32,000 nucleotides of DNA from Telmatocola sphagniphila (GTDB lineage: Bacteria > Planctomycetota > Planctomycetia > Gemmatales > Gemmataceae). A program made the position numbers and the translations under genes. The notes beneath the pieces were generated by a model, which was given only the letters and a program-made list of their open reading frames with translations, was not told the DNA's origin and ran no database searches. The stretch lies in NCBI RefSeq assembly GCF_018398935.1, contig NZ_CP074694.1:2370001-2402000 (forward strand), read 5' to 3'. This document shows, in pieces, positions 17,609-25,865 of this stretch (position 1 is its first letter; every line of letters starts with the position of its first letter).

Positions 17609-17805
17609 TTTCCACTCGGTTCCCGCACTTCCAGTTTACCCGACGAAGAAACAGGATTAAGTCCTGACAGTCGCGGGGGCAATCCTCTCTCCGGCTCATT
17701 TTCAAAGATCGGGATACTGAGACAGAGCTTAAGGATTGGATATTTCCAAATTCAAAAGCGTAGTGATTTCATTCGAATTGCCCGCATCGAAGGGATGTGG
17801 CTTTG

Positions 17806-17821
17806 AGAATTTCGAAATTCT
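17806..17821. promoter_or_regulatory. Perfect 16-bp palindrome AGAATTTCGAAATTCT (candidate operator)
   Basis: The sequence is exactly self-complementary. It lies in the 329-bp intergenic region, 117 nt upstream of ATG 17938. Confidence 0.3.
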
Positions 17822-17937
17822 ACTTAACGCGGTTGTTCTCACGTAATGGACCGCTGGCAACAGCCATCCACCTTTATTAGGGCGATGGCAGCCTTAGCGG
17901 AGTCAAATGGTCGATTCTTCGACCTAAAGGATTTGTG

Positions 17938-18627
17938 ATGCGGAATAAAATGACCATGCTGGCTTTCGCCGGCGCCGTTCTCTTACTCATTGTTCCGGAT
18001 GCTTCCGCTCAACGCGGCGGTGGGGGAGGCCGCGGTTTCGGCGGAGGTGGTAGAGGATTCGGTGGAGGGTATTCGAGTGGGTTTGGGAATCGCGGATATT
18101 CCGGATATGGCAATGGTTATTATGGCGGAGGCTATAGTCCTTATTACTCTGGTTTTGGACTATCCATTGGCTTCAATCCCTATATTTCCGGGGATGGAGG
18201 GAATTATTACTATCCGAATACGGCCTACAGCACCAACCCGATTACCTATTATTCCACCCCGACAACGACCGTTCTTCAAAACAGTTATGAAGGACCGGTA
18301 TCTCAATCGAGCTATAACCCCAGCTATGCTATCAATCCAACCATCAATTATGCCACAGTGTCAATATTCGTACCCACCAACGATGCTAAAGTCTGGTTTG
18401 GCGATACTCCTATGCCAGAACAGGGTTTGAATCGTCTTTATCAGTCACCGCCGCTCGAGTCGGGTAAGGCGTTCAGATATACGATCAAGGCGAAATGGAT
18501 GGAGAACGGCAAAGAAAACGAGCAGACGCGTCAGTTGGAAGTTCGAGCAGGTCAGAGCAGCATTGCGGATTTTCGGAGCAATGCCAGCACCATAACACCG
18601 ACTCTCATTCCTTATTCCCCCAAATAA
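17938..18627 (+). CDS. Secreted TIGR03000-domain protein with a Gly/Tyr/Arg-rich low-complexity region
   Basis: Signal peptide MRNKMTMLAFAGAVLLLIVPDASA. RGG/GY-rich stretch. The C-terminal ATVSIFVPTNDAKVWFGDTPMPEQGLNRLYQSPPLESGKAFRYTIKAKWMENGKENEQTRQLEVRAGQSSIADF matches the Planctomycete TIGR03000 domain pattern. AAGGA RBS before ATG 17938 (the track starts at GTG 17935). Confidence 0.85.
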   Translation: MRNKMTMLAFAGAVLLLIVPDASAQRGGGGGRGFGGGGRGFGGGYSSGFGNRGYSGYGNGYYGGGYSPYYSGFGLSIGFNPYISGDGGNYYYPNTAYSTNPITYYSTPTTTVLQNSYEGPVSQSSYNPSYAINPTINYATVSIFVPTNDAKVWFGDTPMPEQGLNRLYQSPPLESGKAFRYTIKAKWMENGKENEQTRQLEVRAGQSSIADFRSNASTITPTLIPYSPK

Positions 18628-18753
18628 CACTGCGATTTCTTATAAAATCACACCATTGCCGAAGCTCATAATCTAACGCTACCGGCAATGTGATTTCCAA
18701 ATCCTCATTCGGTCTAGTGGAACCAAGTTCTCTTTAATAAAATTGGACTCTCG

Positions 18754-19056
18754 ATGCACACACGCACTACATATGCGACGCCAGTTCGAGCGACTATTAA
18801 GAACCTATCTGACAATCCTAACACAGATATTAGTGAAAAGATGCCGGAGCTCGATCATGCCACGGAAACAATCGAAACAACTCTGCTTCTGACCCGGAGT
18901 CTTTACCAGGCTGTGGAAATGGGCGCTCAAAGACACAATCTATCGGTTCCTGAGTTTATTAGGATTTTGATCGCTCGATATATTACACTTAACTTCAATC
19001 CAGAGTCGATTTCCGAATCAAATCCGAGCCATTTATCGTCCCGAGAAGCTAAATGA
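18754..19056 (+). CDS. Hypothetical protein, possible ribbon-helix-helix (CopG/Arc-like) DNA-binding fold
   Basis: ETTLLLTRSLYQAVEMGAQRHNLSVPEFIRILIARYI has the strand-helix-helix spacing of RHH proteins. The N-terminal 30 aa are low-complexity, so the true start may be the internal Met (MPELDH). The gene sits in an AT-rich patch. Confidence 0.4.
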   Translation: MHTRTTYATPVRATIKNLSDNPNTDISEKMPELDHATETIETTLLLTRSLYQAVEMGAQRHNLSVPEFIRILIARYITLNFNPESISESNPSHLSSREAK

Positions 19057-19489
19057 ATTTGCACAAAAGTAGGGAAAAACGCCTCCACTTCTTTGAGGAA
19101 GATCTAAAAAAGCCATTCTACTCAAACCAATTGTAGCCATTCCATGCTCATAAATTCACTTCGTCTATTCGAATCGACCCGAGTAAGGTTTTCCCCGACT
19201 CCCGCAGGGAATCTTATTCGCCTTACATCAACCTTTATCCCGACAGCACCCTGTCACCAGAAAAATAGGATAAAAACATAAGAACGTGAAGTTATTTCAA
19301 ATAAATATCTTCGCGTTTAACGTATGGACTATTTGAAACGATTTTCAAAGGAATATTTCTTCGGAAGGTTCGTCCTTCTGAAATCCATCTAGATTTTCAC
19401 CTCAATGGAATAGGGGCTGCAGATGATTAATATTTCTCAGGACGGCCACGATCGCAATTTTTATCGCTGGATTTTCGAAAGGTACAGTT

Positions 19490-19660
19490 ATGGGACTTCT
19501 ACTCTTGGTACTTGTAATTCTCCTTCTGGTAGGAGGTCTACCCCGCTGGAATTACTCCCAGAACTGGGGTTACGGGCCGAGCGGGTTGATAGGCTTTATC
19601 CTGGTGGTATTGGTCTGTCTGATACTCTTCACAGATGTGATTCACATCTCAAGATTTTAA
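19490..19660 (+). CDS. DUF3309-like small membrane protein (56 aa), absent from the ORF track
   Basis: Hand translation gives MGLLLLVLVILLLVGGLPRWNYSQNWGYGPSGLIGFILVVLVCLILFTDVIHISRF, ending at TAA 19658-19660. Two hydrophobic helices flank the GGLP.W.YS..WGYGPSG signature typical of DUF3309. It overlaps track ORF 19423-19671 in another frame; that ORF looks non-coding. Confidence 0.7.
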   Translation: MGLLLLVLVILLLVGGLPRWNYSQNWGYGPSGLIGFILVVLVCLILFTDVIHISRF

Positions 19661-19858
19661 TCACTCGCTGATCTGGTATCAATCCCATCTGACATTGACA
19701 ATAAAAAGCGGGCCACCGCTAGTCTCGGACTCAGTTGACTCCTGAAACAGCGGGGCCGCAAGAATATTCGGTTATTCCAATAGCCGAATGCATGGGGACC
19801 CAACTTCGTTCTTAATTAAAGAACTGTGAGTTGCGAGTCTAAAATAGGAGGATGAGTT

Positions 19859-20401
19859 ATGAATATTGTGAAATGGCTGGGAGCCGCTTTGGCCATCATG
19901 CTTTCTGGTAATGTGGTTTCCGCCGCGGAAGCTATATCGGCCGGTACTATCAAGTCCGTGAATTCCGAGAACAAAACCTTCGTTCTCACGGATTCCGCCA
20001 ACAAAGATTCCACCTTTGCAATTGGGGAAAAGATGGTTGTGAATCGCTCGGGTAAAGAAAGTAAGAGTGACCTCAAGGTCGGCGATGTAATTAATGTTTC
20101 TTATGCGAAAGGTATTCTGCACTGGACGGCAGATTACGTTCTCGTTCAAGAGGGTGCCACGCAGAAGAGCGAATTGATTCGAGGGACTATCAAATCCTAC
20201 GATGCCGCAACGAAAGAACTCTCTTTTTGCAATGAAGCCAAAAAGGACACGACCTACGGCATGGGAAGCGCCACGGTGCGCCTCAACATGGCCGACATGA
20301 AAATTGACAACGTCAAGATCGGCGACCATGCCCTGCTGATCGTGAACGTGGTCGATGGTGCCTCGACTCTCAAGTGCCTGATGGTCGATCGCACCGAGTA
20401 A
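19859..20401 (+). CDS. Secreted protein with two copies of a ~70-aa beta-rich domain of unknown function
   Basis: Strong SD (AGGAGG) before the ATG. Signal peptide MNIVKWLGAALAIMLSGNVVSAAEA. Internal repeat with GTIKSVNSENKTF... starting at 19943 and GTIKSYDAATKEL... starting at 20183. Confidence 0.8.
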   Translation: MNIVKWLGAALAIMLSGNVVSAAEAISAGTIKSVNSENKTFVLTDSANKDSTFAIGEKMVVNRSGKESKSDLKVGDVINVSYAKGILHWTADYVLVQEGATQKSELIRGTIKSYDAATKELSFCNEAKKDTTYGMGSATVRLNMADMKIDNVKIGDHALLIVNVVDGASTLKCLMVDRTE

Positions 20402-20527
20402 CGTGACCTCGAAAATTATCACCAGCAAGAATTCTCGCTGCCGTCCCTCTGTAAAGAGGGGACATTGGATAATGTTGATGCAGATTTCTCTGCATAACCG
20501 ATTTTGGAAGTGAATTAGGAGATTGAA

Positions 20528-20779
20528 ATGTCGAATATCCATGATGGCAAAGTTGTCAGCGTAACCGGTGACAAGCTCAACACGACGTGCGCGGAAGGCA
20601 AAAATCATTGCCACACCATGTCCAAGGATGCCAAAATTACCTGCGATGGTAAAGACAGCAAAGCAGCCGATCTGAAAGCCGGCACACCCGTTCGGGTGAC
20701 CTGCCATAAAGACGACAAGTCCGTGGCCACGGCCGTCGAATCGGGCAAGCATATTGCAACGCCTGTTCACAAAGCCTAG
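20528..20779 (+). CDS. Small Cys/His-rich protein carrying a third copy of the same ~70-aa domain, no signal peptide
   Basis: AGGAG SD before the ATG. GKVVSVTGDKLNTTCAEGKNHCHTMSKDAKITCDGKDSKAADLKAGTPVRVTCHKDD aligns with the domains of the upstream gene (G.[IV].SV...K......K..T......[VI]...GK[ED]SK..DLK.G..[IV].V). Confidence 0.75.
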   Translation: MSNIHDGKVVSVTGDKLNTTCAEGKNHCHTMSKDAKITCDGKDSKAADLKAGTPVRVTCHKDDKSVATAVESGKHIATPVHKA

Positions 20780-20788
20780 TTTTCTCGA

Positions 20789-20829
20789 GCAAATTCGGGA
20801 ATGGACTAAAAGTCGATTCCCGAATTTGC
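20789..20829 (+). terminator. Perfect 14-bp stem-loop 3' of the Cys/His gene (putative terminator or RNA-stabilising hairpin; no U-tract)
   Basis: gcaaattcgggaat (20789-20802) pairs perfectly with attcccgaatttgc (20816-20829) around a 13-nt loop. It begins 10 nt after stop 20779. Confidence 0.4.
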
Positions 20830-20937
20830 CCGTTCGCTTCCGATGGGTAAGTACCATTCCAAAGTTTGACCCGTTCAACTCTCAAACGAGTCTACATTTT
20901 ATCCTTCGTTCCCAAATAATTTTCGAAGAAGATCCCT

Positions 20938-21540
20938 ATGCAGAACCTGACGAATCTCTGCCAAATCATTTACTACATCGCGATGAGCGTCGCCGGCCCT
21001 TTAGCAATCCTGGCCTATCTCCGAACTAAGAAAATGGAATTGCTCGCGAAAGAGTACGAAACTTACGACGAATTGGATAATCGATTTTTCGAATACCAGA
21101 AACTGGCGCTGGAATATTACGACTTGGACATTCTCGATGTCCCGAACAACGATCCTTCCCTCGCTTTCGACAAGAAAAGAAAGCAGGAGATGGTGGCCTA
21201 CGCGATTCTCTTTTCGCTGTTCGAAAGAGCTTATCTGATGTTCAGTAAACAAGGCGATGCGTTTCGCCAGCGGCAATGGTCCGGCTGGAAACATTTTCTC
21301 AACGATTTTCTCCGTCGTGAACATGTCCGAACCTCCTGGGAGTTGAGCAAAAGCACCTATGATACCGATTTTCAAAAATTTATGGATCACAAGATTGCCA
21401 CCGTGATCTCCAAATCAAGTGCTCCTAACGTGAATGAGTCCGTTAAACCAGCCAAGTCTACCAATTCGCCCACCTCAGTCCCAGCACTATCGGATGAATC
21501 GCCCTTCGCTCTGGCTAATGAAATGAAAACTTCGACGTAG
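20938..21540 (+). CDS. Hypothetical protein with one N-terminal TM helix and a helical cytoplasmic domain
   Basis: A 200-aa ORF with N-terminal IIYYIAMSVAGPLAILAYL, then a charged helical region and a Ser/Pro/Thr-rich tail. I recognised no family. Confidence 0.6.
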   Translation: MQNLTNLCQIIYYIAMSVAGPLAILAYLRTKKMELLAKEYETYDELDNRFFEYQKLALEYYDLDILDVPNNDPSLAFDKKRKQEMVAYAILFSLFERAYLMFSKQGDAFRQRQWSGWKHFLNDFLRREHVRTSWELSKSTYDTDFQKFMDHKIATVISKSSAPNVNESVKPAKSTNSPTSVPALSDESPFALANEMKTST

Positions 21541-21853
21541 TGCCTGCACTTTCTCGAAATATCGAAATAGCTGGAGGTTTTAGAATAGGGTTCCCATCCT
21601 CCCACTGAGGATCACTTTCTTGCGGAACCTCCGGCCAGTTGGCGAACCAAGTCTTCGAATATCCAATCAACGGAAGCAAAAAGCGGATCCTGTTCCAGTC
21701 GTCGAACAATCCGCAATCCGCTCATTCTCAAAGCACTCTCTCGACATCTCTCCCTGAGTCTGTTAAGATTAACACTCCGCCGATGCTTTTCCTACCTCTC
21801 CAGTTTTAGAGACCAGTATCCCGCCGAGTTGGCTAAGGACGAGAAGCTAATCC

Positions 21854-24451
21854 ATGAAGACTCTGACGATCGTCATTTTGCTGGCTTTCGCCTTATCGAC
21901 TACCGATGGTCAGGAAAAGCCGATTCCTCTGGAAGCGGCCAAAGATCTTGGACGAACTAAATCCCGATACTTGAAAGAGAATAAGTTCGCTCCTGATGCC
22001 GGCGGGGCGCTCCCCAAGGCTAACCTTGCCGATTTCAAAAAATCGGTGGAACCGCTTCTGACGAAGACTTGTTTGAGCTGTCATGGCCCTCAAAAGTCCA
22101 AAGGTCGTTTACGGATCGACCAACTGAATCCCGATCTGGTTTCCGGAGCGGATGCGGAGCGATGGCGCGAAGTTTACAATGTCCTGAGCAAGTCGGAAAT
22201 GCCCCCCGAAAACGACGCGTATGAAGCCCTATCCCCCACAAATCGCGGCCTACTTACCGATTGGCTCAGTGAGGAATTGAATAAGGCATCTGTGGTGCGC
22301 CGCAACAGTAAGGAACATTCCTCTTTTCGTCGATTGGCGAAATATGAATACGACTACGCTCTCCAGGATCTGTTGGGCCTGCCCTACTCTCTGGCGAACC
22401 AGCTACCGCCCGAATCCACCACCGAAGATGGTTTCAAGAACAGTTCGGAATTGCTCCAGATCTCGGGCATGCAGTTTGAACTTTATCGTGAGATCGCCCT
22501 GAAAGCTCTGAAGCGGGCAACCGTGAGCGGTGTGCGTCCAAAGTCCGTCACCTACATCCTTTCAATGCAACAGGAGATGACGAGAGTCACAGCCGGAAAA
22601 AATGTGCAGATCATCGATAAGGGGGAAGCTGGTTTTCGGAAATTCGAACATCAGATGCATTTACTCAATCGGGATACTGGTAAAGGAATTCACTACTCCC
22701 CAACAGACCCGGTTCCACTAGCCAAGGCGGCAAATGAAGAATTTCCTGCCGTTTCACCGGTAGTACTGGTACTTCCCGCAGGCAACGAACTGAAACTGAA
22801 TCTGGATCGTTTTCTTCCCGACGAGGGAACGATGCGCGTGAGTATTCGAGCAGCACGCTCGACGATGAACCCGGATGCATACGCAAGCCTTCGTCTGTTA
22901 CTGAGTGCCCACACCAGCAACGATGCCAATTTTTCGCAAGTCATCAGTCCTCAAGACGTGCCGGTGACCGCATCGGACGACAAATTCCAATGGATTCACT
23001 TCGATGTTCCTCTGAGCGACATCCAGCGAAATCCGTTTCGGAAACTCACCACCACCTTCCCAAGACGCGATGAGTTTCTACACATTCGCAACATCTCCAA
23101 TGCAGCCGGTCGGGATAAGCGCCTCCAGGTATTGATCGATCACATTCAAATCAGCGCGCCGTTCTACGAGCAATGGCCTCCCAAAACGCACACCGATATC
23201 TTTATGGAGAGCAAGAACAAATCTAACGAAGGCGTCTACGGTCGAGAGGTGCTGAACCACTTCCTCCGGCGGGCCTGGCATCGACCAGTCAACCCGCAAG
23301 AGGTTGACGAACTTATGGCCCTTTTTGCCAAGTACCGGCCCGAATTCCCCACGTTTGAAGAGGCAATGGTGGAAGTGCTGGCGACCGCGCTGGCCGCGCC
23401 GGAATTTCTCTATCTGACCCAACGAGCGATGACCGACGACAAGAAACCGACTACCCGGATCAGCGAGCTGGAATTGGCCAGTCGGTTGTCTGTATTTTTG
23501 TGGTCGAGTATCCCGGACGAGGAACTCCTGAAACTCGCAGAGCAAGGTCAGTTGAGAAAGCCCGAAGTCCTTATGGGACAAGTGAATCGCATGCTCGCCG
23601 ATGCGCGTGCGAAACGATTTTCGCAAAACTTCGTCGAGCAATGGCTGGGTTTGGATGGCCTTAATAGTGTGACTCATATCCCCGCAGGCCCGTTGAAAGA
23701 GGCCATCCGAGAAGAGCCGATCGCCTTCTTTGAGGAAGTTCTGAGTTACAACCGCAGTATCTTCGACTTCCTTCATTCGGATTACGCGGTGGTGAACGAA
23801 CCGCTGGCCGCACATTATGGGATTCCGAAAGTTTACGGCCCTCACTTCCGAAAAGTTCCCATCACTCCTGCGATGAATCGCGGCGGCCTTTTGACGGGAG
23901 CGGCGATTCTTGCGATGAACTCGGACGGCAAGGATTCACATCCCCTGAAACGGGGGGTCTGGATGTTAAAACGCATCCTTCTCGATCCACCGCCGCCACC
24001 ACCGCCGGACGTCCCCGTCGTCGATCTGACGAATCCGGAAATTCTGAAAATGACTTTGAAGGAACGGATTGAAGATCACCGGAATAAAGCCGCGTGTGCC
24101 TCCTGTCACTCCCGGATAGACCCCTGGGGTATTGCCTTTGAGAACTACGATGCTCTCGGCATCTACCGGACTCAAATTAAGAATAAACCGGTCGATGCGA
24201 CTTCCGAACTCTTCAATAAGCAAGTATTGGCGGGGATGGATGGACTCAAGCGCTATCTGCTAATGGAGCGTCAGGATCAATTCGCTCGAGCGATCGTCCA
24301 AAAATTGACGGCCTACGGTCTGGGCCGACCGCTTACTTTTGGCGATCGTTCAGACATTGATCAACTGACCGCAGAATTCCGCCGAAGCGGCGACGGCCTT
24401 AACGATCTGATCCATCAGATCGTCAAAAGTAATCTCTTTAACTCTAAGTAG
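21854..24451 (+). CDS. Large secreted PSCyt/PSD multi-domain protein (DUF1592/DUF1595/DUF1587/DUF1588/DUF1585 type) with two CxxCH motifs
   Basis: Signal peptide. CLSCH at 22070-22084 (Planctomycete cytochrome-c-like N-domain) and CASCHSRIDPWG at 24095-24109 (DUF1588-type). It also has a FLWSSIPDEELL segment and a poly-Pro linker DPPPPPPPD. This is the usual partner of DUF1552 proteins. Confidence 0.85.
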   Translation: MKTLTIVILLAFALSTTDGQEKPIPLEAAKDLGRTKSRYLKENKFAPDAGGALPKANLADFKKSVEPLLTKTCLSCHGPQKSKGRLRIDQLNPDLVSGADAERWREVYNVLSKSEMPPENDAYEALSPTNRGLLTDWLSEELNKASVVRRNSKEHSSFRRLAKYEYDYALQDLLGLPYSLANQLPPESTTEDGFKNSSELLQISGMQFELYREIALKALKRATVSGVRPKSVTYILSMQQEMTRVTAGKNVQIIDKGEAGFRKFEHQMHLLNRDTGKGIHYSPTDPVPLAKAANEEFPAVSPVVLVLPAGNELKLNLDRFLPDEGTMRVSIRAARSTMNPDAYASLRLLLSAHTSNDANFSQVISPQDVPVTASDDKFQWIHFDVPLSDIQRNPFRKLTTTFPRRDEFLHIRNISNAAGRDKRLQVLIDHIQISAPFYEQWPPKTHTDIFMESKNKSNEGVYGREVLNHFLRRAWHRPVNPQEVDELMALFAKYRPEFPTFEEAMVEVLATALAAPEFLYLTQRAMTDDKKPTTRISELELASRLSVFLWSSIPDEELLKLAEQGQLRKPEVLMGQVNRMLADARAKRFSQNFVEQWLGLDGLNSVTHIPAGPLKEAIREEPIAFFEEVLSYNRSIFDFLHSDYAVVNEPLAAHYGIPKVYGPHFRKVPITPAMNRGGLLTGAAILAMNSDGKDSHPLKRGVWMLKRILLDPPPPPPPDVPVVDLTNPEILKMTLKERIEDHRNKAACASCHSRIDPWGIAFENYDALGIYRTQIKNKPVDATSELFNKQVLAGMDGLKRYLLMERQDQFARAIVQKLTAYGLGRPLTFGDRSDIDQLTAEFRRSGDGLNDLIHQIVKSNLFNSK

Positions 24452-24467
24452 GATCAAGGAGTAGGCA

Positions 24468-25865
24468 ATGGATACCAAGACTGCGTCGCTGAGCCGACGA
24501 ACATTTCTTCGAGGTACCGGTTTAGCCTTGGCTTTGCCTTGGTTCGAAACGTTTGCCGAAGGCTCCACGGGTTTGGACGAAACTCCGAAACGGTTTGTCA
24601 GCGTGTACCATCCCGATGGCGTGGGGGTGCCACTGAAATCCGATCCGGCCTGGAGGGATTGGAGTTGGTTCCCTCGCGGCGGCGAAAAGAATTTTGAATT
24701 GACGAAAGTTCTCGATGTACTCCAACCCCTGCGCGGCGATATCACGATTTATTCCGGATTGTCACACCCTGCTGCAAGACAAGTTCACGGCCATTCCAAC
24801 GCCGATCAATATTTAACGGGAGCGCCTATCGGTGGCACGGGCCCATATCAGAATTCAATCTCTCTCGATCAGGCCTACGCGGAATATGCTGGCAATTTCA
24901 CTCGGCACTCTTCTTTAGTCATGTCGACGAATGGAGGAGTTGGCGGCCCTCGAGGGGCTCAGACTCAGTCCTTCAACCGGGAAGGGCGGCCCATCCCGGC
25001 CATGAATAAGCCCAAAGAAATCTTTGACATGCTGTTCGTGACCAGCAACAAAGATGCGGCTGCCCGACTCGCAAGAAGCAAAAGTGCTTTGGATTTCCTG
25101 ATTGAGCATACACGCTCGCTGTCCCGCGAACTTTCCAGTAAAGATCAAGAGACGCTCAAACAGTATCTGGACGCCGTGCGCGATACCGAATTGAAGCTGG
25201 CGAAAGCTCAAAAATGGATCGATACTCCCATACCCAAAGTGGATGCGCGCAACTTGCATTTGAATGCGGAACCTAAAGAAGCCCGCCTCTATTTCCAGAC
25301 GATGTATGAACTGATCTATCTCGCTTTTCTGAGTGATTCGACTCGCGTGGCAACATTTCAGTTGGGAAGAGAAAACGGTGAAGGCCCTCACGATCTTCTC
25401 TCTTTAGCCGTCGGTTTGGGTGCAGCGCATGGACTGACTCATGAAGTCAAAAAACCGAACGGCTGGAAGAACCTGGGCACTTACAATCGTTATCAGGCCG
25501 AAGAATTCGGTCGTTTTGTGCAGAGGCTGAAGGATACTCCCGAACCGACCGGCAAGGGAAATATGTTGGACAATACCTTTGCCATGCACGGTTCCGCTTC
25601 GAGCAGTTTCCACCTGTCCAGAAATTATCCCATCATTTCCGCGGGAGGTAAAAACCTCGGCTTTACCAACGGGCGATATCTCAAATTCGGGAAAGGAAAT
25701 GAAGATAATCAGGCTGGCGCCGGAATTGACACAGATGCGGGCTGGCAAGGCAAGGTTGAAGTCGAAGAACTTCCCCTGGCGAAGCTATTCGTCACCGTCT
25801 TGCAGAGACTTGGTGTAGGGACTAATTCGTTCGGAGGAATCAACGGAACGTTGAATCGCGTTTAA
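24468..25865 (+). CDS. Tat-signal DUF1552-family protein
   Basis: SRRTFLRGTGLALALPWFE leader, then the GLSHP..., LDQ, SVLD-like and FAMHGS... segments characteristic of DUF1552. AAGGAG RBS. It starts 16 nt after the upstream stop. Confidence 0.85.
   Translation: MDTKTASLSRRTFLRGTGLALALPWFETFAEGSTGLDETPKRFVSVYHPDGVGVPLKSDPAWRDWSWFPRGGEKNFELTKVLDVLQPLRGDITIYSGLSHPAARQVHGHSNADQYLTGAPIGGTGPYQNSISLDQAYAEYAGNFTRHSSLVMSTNGGVGGPRGAQTQSFNREGRPIPAMNKPKEIFDMLFVTSNKDAAARLARSKSALDFLIEHTRSLSRELSSKDQETLKQYLDAVRDTELKLAKAQKWIDTPIPKVDARNLHLNAEPKEARLYFQTMYELIYLAFLSDSTRVATFQLGRENGEGPHDLLSLAVGLGAAHGLTHEVKKPNGWKNLGTYNRYQAEEFGRFVQRLKDTPEPTGKGNMLDNTFAMHGSASSSFHLSRNYPIISAGGKNLGFTNGRYLKFGKGNEDNQAGAGIDTDAGWQGKVEVEELPLAKLFVTVLQRLGVGTNSFGGINGTLNRV

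Noticed and set aside
19423-19671. An 82-aa plus-strand track ORF.
   Set aside because: It has an implausible composition and no RBS. A different frame in the same interval encodes a clean DUF3309-like peptide (19490-19660).
19772-20878. A 368-aa minus-strand ORF, the longest ORF in this region, spanning both small plus-strand genes and their spacer.
   Set aside because: It is codon-aligned antisense to 19859-20401 and 20528-20779; all three share triplet phase, so it stays open simply because the sense genes avoid TTA, CTA and TCA codons. The translation is His/Arg/Phe/Cys/Asn-rich junk with no motif. The plus-strand genes have strong SD sites, a signal peptide and an internal domain repeat.
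21554-21569. A tandem 8-mer, TCGAAATA TCGAAATA.
   Set aside because: There are only two short copies, which is within chance expectation, and I saw no additional copies.
23078-23845. A 255-aa minus-strand ORF.
   Set aside because: It is antisense inside the DUF1592-type gene and has no motifs.
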